Below are positions 42,320 to 51,426 of a stretch of DNA of 64,000 nt, in pieces. Source of the DNA: Alphaproteobacteria bacterium (lineage in GTDB: Bacteria > Pseudomonadota > Alphaproteobacteria > GCA-2731375); the NCBI GenBank assembly GCA_965232515.1, contig CBDDPY010000002.1, forward strand, positions 5,440,001 through 5,504,000, read 5' to 3'. The position numbers were made by a program, and so were the translations under genes. How positions within the stretch are numbered: the stretch's first letter is position 1; each line of letters starts with the position of its first letter. The notes under the pieces are model-generated. The model was not told the DNA's origin and made no database searches. It worked only from the letters and a program-made list of their open reading frames with translations.

Positions 42320-42665
42320 GAGCGTGACGATCTACCACAATCCGCGGTGCAGCAAATCGCGGCAGACGCTGGCGCTGCTGCGCGAGAACGGCGTCGAGCC
42401 GAAAATCATCGAATATCTGCAAACACCGCCAAGCGAGCCGGAGCTGAAGAAAATTCTCGGCCAGCTCGGCCTCGCCCCGCGCGAGTTGATGCGTCGCAAG
42501 GAAGCCGAGTACAAGGTGAACGGCCTCGACGACGACAGTCTGAGCGATACGGAGCTGATCGCCGCCATGGTCGCGCACCCGAAGCTGATCGAGCGTCCGA
42601 TCGTGCTGGCGAACGGCAAGGCCGCACTGGGCCGCCCGCCCGAAAGCGTGCTCGAGATCCTTTAG
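42318..42665 (+). CDS. arsC: Arsenate reductase (glutaredoxin-type) family
   Basis: YHNPRCSKSR, HPKLIERPIV, GRPPE. Confidence 0.9.
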   Translation: MSVTIYHNPRCSKSRQTLALLRENGVEPKIIEYLQTPPSEPELKKILGQLGLAPRELMRRKEAEYKVNGLDDDSLSDTELIAAMVAHPKLIERPIVLANGKAALGRPPESVLEIL

Positions 42666-42703
42666 ACGCTGCGGCCGACGTGAGCTGTTGGCCGCCGACC
42701 GGG

Positions 42704-43054
42704 TTAATCGCGGATTCGCCGCGTGGCGATCTGCTCCAGCGTTTCAAAGGCGTCGTCGTAGAAACGGCTGAAATAGGCCGCGAAAAAGCCCGTCCGACGG
42801 TCGCGGCGCACGGCGGTAGCGATCAAGAGGGCGCTCAGAACCTTGCCGCCCATATCGCAGGAGAGCTCCACCGGGAACTCGTCGTCCTCGCGCCGCCGGC
42901 CGTTATAGCCCTTGATTGCGAAGCCGCCCATGCTCCAGTCGAGCGTCTTGTAGGTCTTGCCGTCGAACCGGACCGTCAACTGCGGTTGCGTCCGGCGCTT
43001 GTCGCGCCGCCGGTTGGCGCCATCGGCTGCCCTTTTGCTGGTTTTAGCTAGCAT
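42704..43054 (-). CDS. Stand-alone PilZ domain protein
   Basis: RRDKR (RxxxR) and DWSMGG (DxSxxG) c-di-GMP-binding motifs. Confidence 0.75.
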   Translation of the reverse strand: MLAKTSKRAADGANRRRDKRRTQPQLTVRFDGKTYKTLDWSMGGFAIKGYNGRRREDDEFPVELSCDMGGKVLSALLIATAVRRDRRTGFFAAYFSRFYDDAFETLEQIATRRIRD

Positions 43055-43102
43055 GTCTATTCCACCTTTCGGATTGGATAGCACGCGTGCGGTATCCAAT
43101 CC

Positions 43103-43118
43103 GTTAACAGGCGATGAA
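43103..43118 (-). promoter_or_regulatory. CtrA-like site (TTCA-N7-TTAAC on minus strand)
   Basis: GTTAACAGGCGATGAA upstream of the PilZ gene. Confidence 0.35.
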
Positions 43119-43209
43119 TGGGCGCCCGCTTATCGGTGACTTGAAGGGCCGAAAACTCCCGGTTTTCCAGGGATTCGGAATGACCGGCCGGTGACGGCGT
43201 TAACGTCGG

Positions 43210-44157
43210 TTAACTTTGTGCGAATGCGGCGCGCAGTGCCTTGGCGGATTGATCGATGGCCTCGCGACCGGCATCGACGGCGCCCGACATCGAGTAAAAC
43301 CCGTGAATCATGCCCGAATAGTTGGTGAGCTCGACGTCGACGCCCGCGTCCTTCAGCCGTTCGGCATAGGCAACGCCCTCGTCGCGCAGCGGGTCGTAGC
43401 CGGCGACGATGACCAAAGCCGGCGGCAGGCCCGACAAGTCCGGGCAAAGCAGGGGCGCATACCGCGGGTCCTGGCGATCGGCCGGATTCGGCGTGTACAG
43501 GCTGAAGAACCATTCGATATTACGCCGGGTCAGCAGATAACCCTCGGCGAAGTCGTGGTGCGAGGCCGAATCCGGCGCTGGCGCCGTGCATGGATAGACC
43601 ATTAGTTGGAACGCAAGATCGGGACCGCCGCGGTCGCGGGCGGCGATGGCCGTGACGGCGCTCAGGTTGCCGCCCGCGCTGTCCCCGGCCACGGCGATCC
43701 GGTTTGGATCGCCACCAAATTCCTGCGCGTGTGCGGCCGTCCATGCCAACGCCGCGTAGCAGTCGTCGGGGGCGGCCGGAAAGGCGTGCTCCGGCGCCAG
43801 CCGATAGTCGACCGAGACGACGATGCAGTCTGCCTTTAACGCGAGCGCCCTGCAGATCGAGTCGTAGCTCTCCAAGCCGCCGATAACGAAACCGCCGCCA
43901 TGTAGCCAGAGCAGCACCGGCAGCGGCGCATCCGCCGCCGGCTCGCGCGGCGTATAGATGCGGACCGGTATCGGTCCATTCGGCCCGTCGACCGCGCGGT
44001 CTGTGCTGTTGAACACCTCGGCCGGCTCGGCGTCGAGCACGGTGACCGTCTGTTCGAACTGCACCCGCGCCTCGGCCGGCGACAGCTCGCACAATTCCGG
44101 ATAGCCGGCGTTCTTCACCAGGTCGAGGACATATTCGATCTGCGGGTCGAGGGACAT
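43210..44157 (-). CDS. HSL-family alpha/beta hydrolase (esterase)
   Basis: HGGGF, YRLAPEH, GDSAGG, DPLRDEG, HGF. Confidence 0.93.
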   Translation of the reverse strand: MSLDPQIEYVLDLVKNAGYPELCELSPAEARVQFEQTVTVLDAEPAEVFNSTDRAVDGPNGPIPVRIYTPREPAADAPLPVLLWLHGGGFVIGGLESYDSICRALALKADCIVVSVDYRLAPEHAFPAAPDDCYAALAWTAAHAQEFGGDPNRIAVAGDSAGGNLSAVTAIAARDRGGPDLAFQLMVYPCTAPAPDSASHHDFAEGYLLTRRNIEWFFSLYTPNPADRQDPRYAPLLCPDLSGLPPALVIVAGYDPLRDEGVAYAERLKDAGVDVELTNYSGMIHGFYSMSGAVDAGREAIDQSAKALRAAFAQS

Positions 44158-44266
44158 GGCGCTTACTCGCATTTGTGGAACGTATCTGGCGCCAAATCAT
44201 AACGGCGCGCCACCGGCCGCGCCATGACGACCGCGTGGCAAATGCGGGCGGGTGTAGCGCCGCGGC

Positions 44267-44300
44267 CGCGGACGGTCAGGTTCGCCGCCGTGAGCGCAAA
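44267..44300. repeat. Partial second copy of the 2696-2729 intergenic repeat
   Basis: CGCGGACGGTCAGGTTCGCCGCCGTGAGCGCAAA, 31/34 identity. Confidence 0.75.
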
Positions 44301-44302
44301 AA

Positions 44303-44806
44303 CTAGCCGCTCTTCTGGATGGCGAACTTACCGGTGGCCTTGTAGTCCGCGATCGCCTTTTTCAGCTGGGTGTATTCGCTGCAGCCGAAGAAGCAGGCGC
44401 TGTCCAGCACCTTCAGCCGCGCCTCCGCCGCCGGCAGATCGCCGAGCTTGAGATAGAGCTCGCCCAGATATTCGTTGGCGCCGCGGTGCGACGGCTTGAT
44501 CGTCAGCGCCTGCTGGTAGTAGCGCAGCGCCGCCTCGGTCTCGCCCTTGCGGCTGTTGATGTAGCCGAGATAGTTGAAGGCGTCGGCGTTCTTCGGATCG
44601 GCGGCGACGACCTTCTGCAGCAACGGCGCCGCGCCGTCATAGTCCTTGGCCGCGACCAGCTTTTTCGCGGACTTCCAGTCCGGGTCTTCCGGCGTGCTGA
44701 CTGTTTCGCGATCGTCGCTCTGCGCCGCCTGTGCGGGCGCGGCGCCCAGAACGCCACCGAAAGCGAGCGCGCCGACCAGCGCCAGGATGGCAGGGATTCG
44801 CATCAT
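44303..44806 (-). CDS. Exported TPR protein
   Basis: Signal peptide; NADAFNYLGY, HRGANEYLGELY, CFFGCSEY. Confidence 0.85.
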   Translation of the reverse strand: MMRIPAILALVGALAFGGVLGAAPAQAAQSDDRETVSTPEDPDWKSAKKLVAAKDYDGAAPLLQKVVAADPKNADAFNYLGYINSRKGETEAALRYYQQALTIKPSHRGANEYLGELYLKLGDLPAAEARLKVLDSACFFGCSEYTQLKKAIADYKATGKFAIQKSG

Positions 44807-45102
44807 CGACTTCCTGTCCCATGGGAATTGCTCAATGCTCATTATACGCCCGTCATGCCGGATGCATCCCCGGCGGGCCGGCTTGGCACGAAATTGTTAC
44901 CGTACGTTGAGAAGGCGACTGCGCCCGGTCGCGGCCTTGGCGTACCCGAGCTCGGACCGATCGACCTGGCAAACCATGACGCTCGCGGTCGGATTGGGCT
45001 ATGCTGAGGGCAACGTCTCGCACATCCATGAGGCACTGGCCGGCCTCGATGCACGGGCCGTGTTCGCGCCAAACCAACCGATGAGCCCAGGGGAATGACA
45101 TC

Positions 45103-46632
45103 ATGAGCGACAAGCAGCCGCTGGCTTTCCGGCTTCACAGCGCCGACAACGTCGTCGTCGCGCGCGCCGACATCCTGCCGGGAACCGAGCTGCCGGGCGA
45201 GGGGGTGACGGCCGGCGGCCACGTGCCGGCCGGACACAAGATCGCCACGGCGGCGATCGCAGTCGGCGAGCCGGTGGTGAAATACGCTCAGATCATCGGC
45301 TTCGCCACCGCCGACATCGCGCCCGGCGAGCATGTGCATACGCAGAATGTCGAGGTCCGCGATTTCGAGCGCGATTACCTGTTCGGCCAGGACGCCAAGC
45401 CGACGCAGTACTTCAACGACACAGAACGCGCCACGTTCCAGGGCATCGTGCGCGCCGACGGACGGGTCGCGACGCGCAACTATATCGGCGTGCTGACCAG
45501 CGTGAATTGCTCGGCCACGGTCGCGCGTTACATCGCCGACACGTTCCGGGGCGGCGCGCTCGACGACTATCCCAACGTCGACGGTGTCGTCGCGCTCACC
45601 CACGGCACGGGCTGCGGCATGGCCGCCTCGGGCGAGGGCTACGAGGCCCTGCAACGCACCATTTCCGGTTATGCCCGGCATCCGAACTTCGACGCCGTGC
45701 TGATCGTCGGCCTCGGCTGCGAGGCGAACCAGATCGGTGCGCTGATGGAGAACGAGGGTCTGGAGATGGGCGAGGCGTTGCACGCCATGACCATCCAGGA
45801 CACCGGCGGCACGGCCGCGACGGTCAAGGAGGGTGTCGCCCGCATCAAGGAAATGCTGCCACGGGCCAACCGGGCGACGCGTGAGACGGTGCCGGCGAGC
45901 GAGTTGATCCTGGCACTGGAGTGCGGCGGCTCGGACGCCTATTCCGGTATCAGCGCCAATCCGTCGCTGGGCGCCGCCGCCGACCTGCTGGTCCGGCACG
46001 GCGGCACGGCCTGCCTCGCCGAGACGCCGGAAATCTACGGCGCCGAGCACTTGCTCACCCGGCGCGCCGTCAGCCGCGAGGTCGGTGAGAAGCTGATCGA
46101 CAAGATCCGCTGGTGGGAGGATTACACCGCACGGAACAAAGGCGAGATGAACAACAATCCCTCGCCTGGCAACAAGGCCGGCGGCCTGACCACGATCCTG
46201 GAGAAGTCGCTCGGCGCCGCCGCCAAGGGCGGCACGAGCAACCTGGTCGACGTCTACGGCTATGCCGAGCCGATCACCGCCAAGGGCTTCGTGTTCATGG
46301 ACACGCCCGGCTACGACCCGGCGTCGGTCACCGGCATGGTCGCCGGCGGCGCCAATGTCTGCTGTTTCACCACCGGCCGCGGCTCGGTGTTCGGCTGCAA
46401 ACCCACGCCGTCGCTCAAGCTCGCCACCAACTCGACCATGTACAACCGCATGGCCGACGACATGGACATCAATTGCGGCCTCGTTGTCGACGGCGAGGCC
46501 TCGGTGGCCGAGATGGGCGAAAAGATCTTCGACAAGATCCTGCGCACGGCGTCGGGCGAACAGACCAAGAGCGAGGAACTCGGCTTCGGCGACGATGAAT
46601 TCGTCCCCTGGACCGTCGGCGCCGTGATGTAG
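45103..46632 (+). CDS. UxaA/GarD family sugar-acid dehydratase
   Basis: N-terminal SAF domain (GHKIA, HVHTQN); HGTGCG, GLGCE, CGGSD, TGRGS. Confidence 0.92.
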   Translation: MSDKQPLAFRLHSADNVVVARADILPGTELPGEGVTAGGHVPAGHKIATAAIAVGEPVVKYAQIIGFATADIAPGEHVHTQNVEVRDFERDYLFGQDAKPTQYFNDTERATFQGIVRADGRVATRNYIGVLTSVNCSATVARYIADTFRGGALDDYPNVDGVVALTHGTGCGMAASGEGYEALQRTISGYARHPNFDAVLIVGLGCEANQIGALMENEGLEMGEALHAMTIQDTGGTAATVKEGVARIKEMLPRANRATRETVPASELILALECGGSDAYSGISANPSLGAAADLLVRHGGTACLAETPEIYGAEHLLTRRAVSREVGEKLIDKIRWWEDYTARNKGEMNNNPSPGNKAGGLTTILEKSLGAAAKGGTSNLVDVYGYAEPITAKGFVFMDTPGYDPASVTGMVAGGANVCCFTTGRGSVFGCKPTPSLKLATNSTMYNRMADDMDINCGLVVDGEASVAEMGEKIFDKILRTASGEQTKSEELGFGDDEFVPWTVGAVM

Positions 46633-46660
46633 GCGGCGCTGTCGCCGGCGGGGTTATAAA

Positions 46661-46726
46661 TCCCTCTCCCGCTTGCGGGAGAGGGAGGGGCCCGCGGCCC
46701 AGCAGGGCCGTGGGAGGGTGAGGGCC
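46661..46726 (+). repeat. Left palindromic repeat flanking the DUF559 gene
   Basis: TCCCTCTCCCGC-TT-GCGGGAGAGGGA; second hairpin CCCGCGGCCC-AGCA-GGGCCGTGGG; tail GGGTGAGGGCC. Confidence 0.9.
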
Positions 46727-46727
46727 C

Positions 46728-47132
46728 ATGGTGACGTGGAAGAAGAAGCCAACGAAGAACGCCCGCATGCTGCGCCGAGACCTGACGGACGCGGAACGCA
46801 AGCTGTGGTACCGCCTTCGTGACCGTCGGCTCAAAGGCCGCAAGTTCCGGCGGCAATACGCCATCGGCCGCTACCTCGTCGACTTCGTGTGCCTCGAAGA
46901 GATGCTCGTCGTCGAAGTCGATGGCGGCCAGCACGCCGATGCTGTCGCTGAAGACGCCGTTCGATCAAATTGGCTGGAGGGTCAGAGCTTCCGTGTCTTG
47001 CGGTTCTGGAACAATGATGTGTTGAAGAATATCGACGGCGTCCTCACCCAAATCGCGGGCTCGTTCGGCCCTCACCCCGACCCTCTCCCGCAGGCGGGAG
47101 AGGGGGCGTTAACCGGCGATAATCGCCCTTGA
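46728..47132 (+). CDS. DUF559 (Vsr-like, YcjD-like) endonuclease
   Basis: ARMLRR..TDAERKLW..LR, KFRRQ, VDF, EVDGGQH, VLRFWNNDV. Confidence 0.93.
   Translation: MVTWKKKPTKNARMLRRDLTDAERKLWYRLRDRRLKGRKFRRQYAIGRYLVDFVCLEEMLVVEVDGGQHADAVAEDAVRSNWLEGQSFRVLRFWNNDVLKNIDGVLTQIAGSFGPHPDPLPQAGEGALTGDNRP
47067..47106 (-). repeat. Right palindromic repeat, inverted relative to the left and inside the DUF559 3' end
   Basis: GGCCCTCACCC-CGA-CCCTCTCCCGC-AG-GCGGGAGAGGG; encodes PHPDPLPQAGEG. Confidence 0.9.
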
Positions 47133-47191
47133 TGGCTACTTCTCCATAATGTCGTCTCTTTCATCAAAACCCAATAAGAAGGACCTCCCCC

Positions 47192-47959
47192 ATGCGTGAC
47201 CGTTTCGCAATTCCCGGCAAGACCGCTCTGGTGACGGGCAGCAGCCGCGGGCTCGGCTGGGCTATCGCCAAGGGGCTGGCCGAGAGCGGCGCGCATGTCG
47301 TGATCAATGCCCGCAACGCCGACGCCTGCGCCGAACGCGTGGCCGAGCTCGAGGCCGGAGGCCACCAGGCCTCCGTCGCCGCGTTCGACGCCGCCGACTT
47401 CGACGCCGCCAAGGCCGCCGTTGCCGAGATCACCGGCCGTCGGGGCAGTCTCGACGTGCTGGTCAACAATGCCGGCATGGTCCATCGCCAGCCGCTGCTT
47501 GAATGGTCGGACGCCGACTGGTTGCGCATGATGGACGTGAATCTGAACGCCTGCTTCGTGCTCGCACGCGAGGCGGCGCGCGGCATGGTCGATCGCGGCT
47601 GGGGCCGGATCATCAATGTCGGCTCGGTGCTGAGCTTCGTCGCCCGGCCGACCATCCCCGGCTATGTCGCGACCAAGCACGGTCTCGCCGGCCTGACCAA
47701 GGCGCTCGCTACCGAGTTTGGGCCGAAGGGCGTCACGGCGAACGCCATCTGTCCCGGCTATTTCGCCACCGAGTTGAACGTCACGCTGAAGGAAGATGCC
47801 GAATTCAACGCGCTGGTCACGGGCCGCACACCGGTCGGCCGCTGGGGCGAGCCGGACGAGCTCGCCGGTCTTGCTATTTATCTTGCCTCCAACGACGCGG
47901 CTTACATGAACGGCGCCATCATCCCCATCGACGGCGGCATCGTCGCTGCGATGTACTAA
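47192..47959 (+). CDS. SDR oxidoreductase, gluconate 5-dehydrogenase-like
   Basis: TGSSRGLG, NNAG, YVATK, PGYFATELN. Confidence 0.88.
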   Translation: MRDRFAIPGKTALVTGSSRGLGWAIAKGLAESGAHVVINARNADACAERVAELEAGGHQASVAAFDAADFDAAKAAVAEITGRRGSLDVLVNNAGMVHRQPLLEWSDADWLRMMDVNLNACFVLAREAARGMVDRGWGRIINVGSVLSFVARPTIPGYVATKHGLAGLTKALATEFGPKGVTANAICPGYFATELNVTLKEDAEFNALVTGRTPVGRWGEPDELAGLAIYLASNDAAYMNGAIIPIDGGIVAAMY

Positions 47960-49297
47960 CTAACTGCTGACGCTGCGTTCCAGTGCCGGGTAGCGGGCAG
48001 CGAGCGTGGCCGCGCGGGCGGTCATGAAGGCCGTCAGCGCCAGCCAGAGGCCGTGGTTGCCGAGCAGGGGTTCGAAGGCGTAGAGGGCGGCGAGAAAGAC
48101 GCCGAACGACAGCAGCATCATGTTGCGCATATCGGCGCTGCGCGTGGCGCCGATGAAAATCCCGTCGAGCTGGTAGCCCCAGACCGCGATCAGCGGCATG
48201 GCGATGATCCACCATTGATAGGTCTCGGCCAGCGCCCGCACCTCGGGCACGCCGGTCAGCACGTTGATCAGAAGATAGCCGAGGCCGGCATAGACCGCTG
48301 CATAGGCGAGCGCGCAGATCAGCGCCCAGATCGTGGTCATCCGCACGGCCTCGCGCAGCGCCTGGCGGTCGCGCGCGCCGACCGCGCCGCCGACCAGCGC
48401 CTCGACCGCGAACGCGAAGCCGTCGAGGCCGAACGCGAGGAAGCTGATGAAGTTCAGCAGCACCGCGTTCGCCGCCAGGATCTCGTCGCCGGCCGCGGCG
48501 CCGCGCGCCTTGAAGATGGCGAAGGCCATCAGCACGCACATCGTGCGGACAAAGATGTCGAAGTTCACGACCAGCATCCGCTGCAGGCGCTCCAGCAGCA
48601 CGATCCTCGCCCATTGGAAATGACCGCCGACGGTCTTCAGGTTGCCCGGCACCAGCGCCAGTCCAATGGCGACGCCGCCGTATTCGGCGATCAGCGTGCC
48701 CAGCGCCACGCCCGGCACGCCCCAGCCAAACCCGATCACGAAGATCAGCGTCAGCACGATGTTGATGCCGTTGGTGGCGATCTGCAGGATCAGCACCGCC
48801 TTGGTGTTGCGGATGCCGATGAACCAGCCCATCAGCGCGAAGTTCGCCAGCGCCGCCGGCGCGCCCCAGATCCGGATCGCCAGGTACTCGCGCGCCAGCC
48901 GCTCGACATCAGCGCTGGCGTCGATCAGGCCGAAGGCGACGGCGGCGATGACGTCCTGGAACAGGATCGAGGCGAGGCCGAAGACCACGGCGAGCAGCAG
49001 CGCCCGGCCCAGGTTGGCGCGGACTTCGTCGCCGTCGTCGGCGCCGAACGCCTGCGCCGTGAACCCGGTCGTGCCCATGCGCAGGAAGCCGAAGGCCCAG
49101 TAGATGATGGTGAAGATCATCGCGCCGACGGCGACCGCGCCCAGGTAATAGGCCGCCGGCAGGTGCCCGACCACGGCGGTGTCGACCGCGCCCAGCAGCG
49201 GCACCGTCGAGTTCGACAGGATGATCGGTCCCGCCAGCCGCCAGACCCGGCCATGCGTGACCGGTTCCAGGCGCGCCAGCCGCGTCTGATCGTTCAT
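47960..49297 (-). CDS. dinF: MATE efflux transporter, DinF-like
   Basis: PIILSNSTVPLLGAVDTAVVGHL, FGFLRMGTTG, LDGIFIGAT. Confidence 0.88.
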   Translation of the reverse strand: MNDQTRLARLEPVTHGRVWRLAGPIILSNSTVPLLGAVDTAVVGHLPAAYYLGAVAVGAMIFTIIYWAFGFLRMGTTGFTAQAFGADDGDEVRANLGRALLLAVVFGLASILFQDVIAAVAFGLIDASADVERLAREYLAIRIWGAPAALANFALMGWFIGIRNTKAVLILQIATNGINIVLTLIFVIGFGWGVPGVALGTLIAEYGGVAIGLALVPGNLKTVGGHFQWARIVLLERLQRMLVVNFDIFVRTMCVLMAFAIFKARGAAAGDEILAANAVLLNFISFLAFGLDGFAFAVEALVGGAVGARDRQALREAVRMTTIWALICALAYAAVYAGLGYLLINVLTGVPEVRALAETYQWWIIAMPLIAVWGYQLDGIFIGATRSADMRNMMLLSFGVFLAALYAFEPLLGNHGLWLALTAFMTARAATLAARYPALERSVSS

Positions 49298-49350
49298 GGC
49301 GGCGATCATAGCGGCTTGCCGAATGCACCGCGCCATATCACTTTGCTGCC

Positions 49351-50259
49351 ATGACGCTGAGGATTGTGCACCATCCCGCCTATGTCGCGAGCCTGCCCGA
49401 CGGCCACCGGTTTCCGATGGACAAGTTCGGCCGCCTGATCGAGGTGCTGCGCGCCGACGGGCTGGCGGCCAACGGCAACTGCCACATGCCCGAACCGGCG
49501 CCGCGCTGGTGGCTGGAGCTGGCGCATGACGCCGAGTATGTCGGCGACATCCTGGATCTCACCGCCGGGCCCGAAACCATGCGCCGCATCGGGCTGCCGC
49601 TGACGCCTTCGCTGGTGGCGCGCTCGCGGCTCGCCGTCGCCGGCACCGTGCTCGCAGCCGGGCTGGCGTTGGACCACGGCCTTGCCTGCAACACCGCCGG
49701 CGGCAGCCACCATGCCCAGAGCGGAACCGGCGCCGGCTTCTGCGTCTTCAACGACGTTGCCGTCGCCGCCCGCGTCATGCAGGCCCACGGCCGGGCGCTG
49801 CAGATGCTGGTGATCGATCTCGACGTGCATCAGGGCGACGGCACGGCCGAGATCTTCCGCGGCGACGCCGCGGTCTTCACCTTCTCCATGCACGGGCAGA
49901 AGAACTATCCCGTGCGCAAGCAGACGAGTGACCTCGACGTGCCGCTGCCCGACGGCATGGGCGATGACGCCTATCTGACGACGTTGCGCGAGAGCCTGGA
50001 TCTGGTCTGGTCGCGCGTCCAGCCCGATCTCGTCTTCTACAACGCCGGCGTCGATCCGCACGCCGACGACCGGCTTGGGAAGCTCGCCTTGAGCGATGCG
50101 GGTCTCCTCGCCCGCGACCGCTTGGTGATCGACGATTGCCGGACCCGCGGCTTGCCGCTCGCCGGGGTCATCGGCGGCGGCTACGGCGCCGACATCGACG
50201 CCATCGCCCGCCGCCACGCGCTGCTATACCAAGCCGCGCTTGAAGCGACGTCGGTCTAA
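49351..50259 (+). CDS. Histone deacetylase family protein
   Basis: [31 protein letters not shown]. Confidence 0.93.
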   Translation: MTLRIVHHPAYVASLPDGHRFPMDKFGRLIEVLRADGLAANGNCHMPEPAPRWWLELAHDAEYVGDILDLTAGPETMRRIGLPLTPSLVARSRLAVAGTVLAAGLALDHGLACNTAGGSHHAQSGTGAGFCVFNDVAVAARVMQAHGRALQMLVIDLDVHQGDGTAEIFRGDAAVFTFSMHGQKNYPVRKQTSDLDVPLPDGMGDDAYLTTLRESLDLVWSRVQPDLVFYNAGVDPHADDRLGKLALSDAGLLARDRLVIDDCRTRGLPLAGVIGGGYGADIDAIARRHALLYQAALEATSV

Positions 50260-51176
50260 AGCGGCTGCCAGCCGGTGCCGTAGTGGCCGAAGGTCAGCAG
50301 ATCCGGATGCAGAATCTCGGCCAGGATCTCCAGCGAATCGGCGACGCGCGGTCCCGGCCGGTTGAAATACTGATGCCCGTCGGTCAGGTAGACCCGGCCG
50401 GCGCGCACCGCGCGCAGCCGCGACCAAATGTCCGACGCGGCCAGGGTCGGCATCTCCTCGCGCGTCCGGGCGATGTCGAAGCCGCAGGGCATGACGATGA
50501 CGACATCGGGGTCGGCCGCGGCGAGCGCCTCCCAGGTCAGCCAGGGCGAGTGGACGCCGGCCGCGCCGAACAGATTGACGCCGCCCGCCATCGTCACCAG
50601 CTCCGGCAGCCAGTTGCCGGCCGCCATCAATGGATCGATCCACTCGATGCAGGCGACCGTCGGCCTGGCCCTCATGCTGGCCGCGACGTCCGAGACGGCC
50701 GCCATGCGCCGCTGCAGCGCCGCCACCAGATCGTCACCGCGATCCGCCGCGTTGAGCGCCGCCGCCGCGGTCCGGATATCGGCCCAGATTCCGTCGAGCG
50801 CCGTCGCCTCGAGCGAGACCAGCCGGGTGTCGTGGCCGGTGAGGCCGGCAACTGCCTCTTCCACCTGGTGGAGCGCGACGGCGCAGACCTCGCATTGCGT
50901 TTGGGTGACAACATGCGTCGGCGAAAGCTCGCGCAGGCGCTGGGTGTCGACCTCGTAGATCGATAAAGCGTCGCGCAGCCGTTCTTTCACCTGCCGGTCG
51001 ATTTCCGCGCTGGAACGGCTGACGTCGAGACGTGCCGCGGTGCAGGCCGGCAGTTCTTCGACCTTTTTCGGGTAGTCGCATTCATGGCTGCGGCCGACAA
51101 GATGGTCGACGAAGCCCAGGGCCGCGACGATCTCGGTCGCGCTGGGCAACAACGAGACGATGCGCGGATCGGACAT
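50256..51176 (-). CDS. Cobalamin-binding/BtuF-like protein without an obvious signal peptide
   Basis: [37 protein letters not shown]. Confidence 0.8.
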   Translation of the reverse strand: MSDPRIVSLLPSATEIVAALGFVDHLVGRSHECDYPKKVEELPACTAARLDVSRSSAEIDRQVKERLRDALSIYEVDTQRLRELSPTHVVTQTQCEVCAVALHQVEEAVAGLTGHDTRLVSLEATALDGIWADIRTAAAALNAADRGDDLVAALQRRMAAVSDVAASMRARPTVACIEWIDPLMAAGNWLPELVTMAGGVNLFGAAGVHSPWLTWEALAAADPDVVIVMPCGFDIARTREEMPTLAASDIWSRLRAVRAGRVYLTDGHQYFNRPGPRVADSLEILAEILHPDLLTFGHYGTGWQPL

Positions 51177-51314
51177 CGTTGGCGGTCGAGCTCCGGGGCG
51201 GCGCGATGATTGACGTCCAATGATAGCGGATTAAATCCGACTTTGTGGAATTTCGGTCCATTTGGCGATGGACTCGGCCGGAACAACACGACGAAAATGT
51301 GGGTTGTTCCAAAA

Positions 51315-51343
51315 GCGTAACAAAACTGACGGCAAACCGTCAT
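51315..51343 (+). promoter_or_regulatory. Pho box (three 11-bp-period half-sites)
   Basis: GCGTAAC-AAAA-CTGACGG-CAAA-CCGTCAT versus consensus CTGTCAT-N4; upstream of phoX. Confidence 0.6.
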
Positions 51344-51426
51344 GAGCAAAAGGTTAACAGGTTGATCGAGGCATGACAGCACGGTCTCGGGCCCGTGGCT
51401 GCTGTAGCGACTGAGGAGAACCGCAC

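Larger units (their letters stand above)
46661..47106. mobile_element. Candidate DUF559 nuclease/palindromic-repeat element
   Basis: Nuclease ORF enclosed by inverted copies of the same hairpin-plus-tail repeat; mobility is inferred only. Confidence 0.5.

Noticed and set aside
43199-43214. GTTAACGTCGGTTAAC as a CtrA site
   Set aside because: Spacer is 6 nt rather than 7 and it overlaps a stop codon
46641-46660. Target-site duplication or extended terminal repeat around the DUF559 unit (TCGCCGG versus CCGGCGA at 47113-47119)
   Set aside because: Only 7 bp, GC-rich and unevenly spaced; compatible with chance
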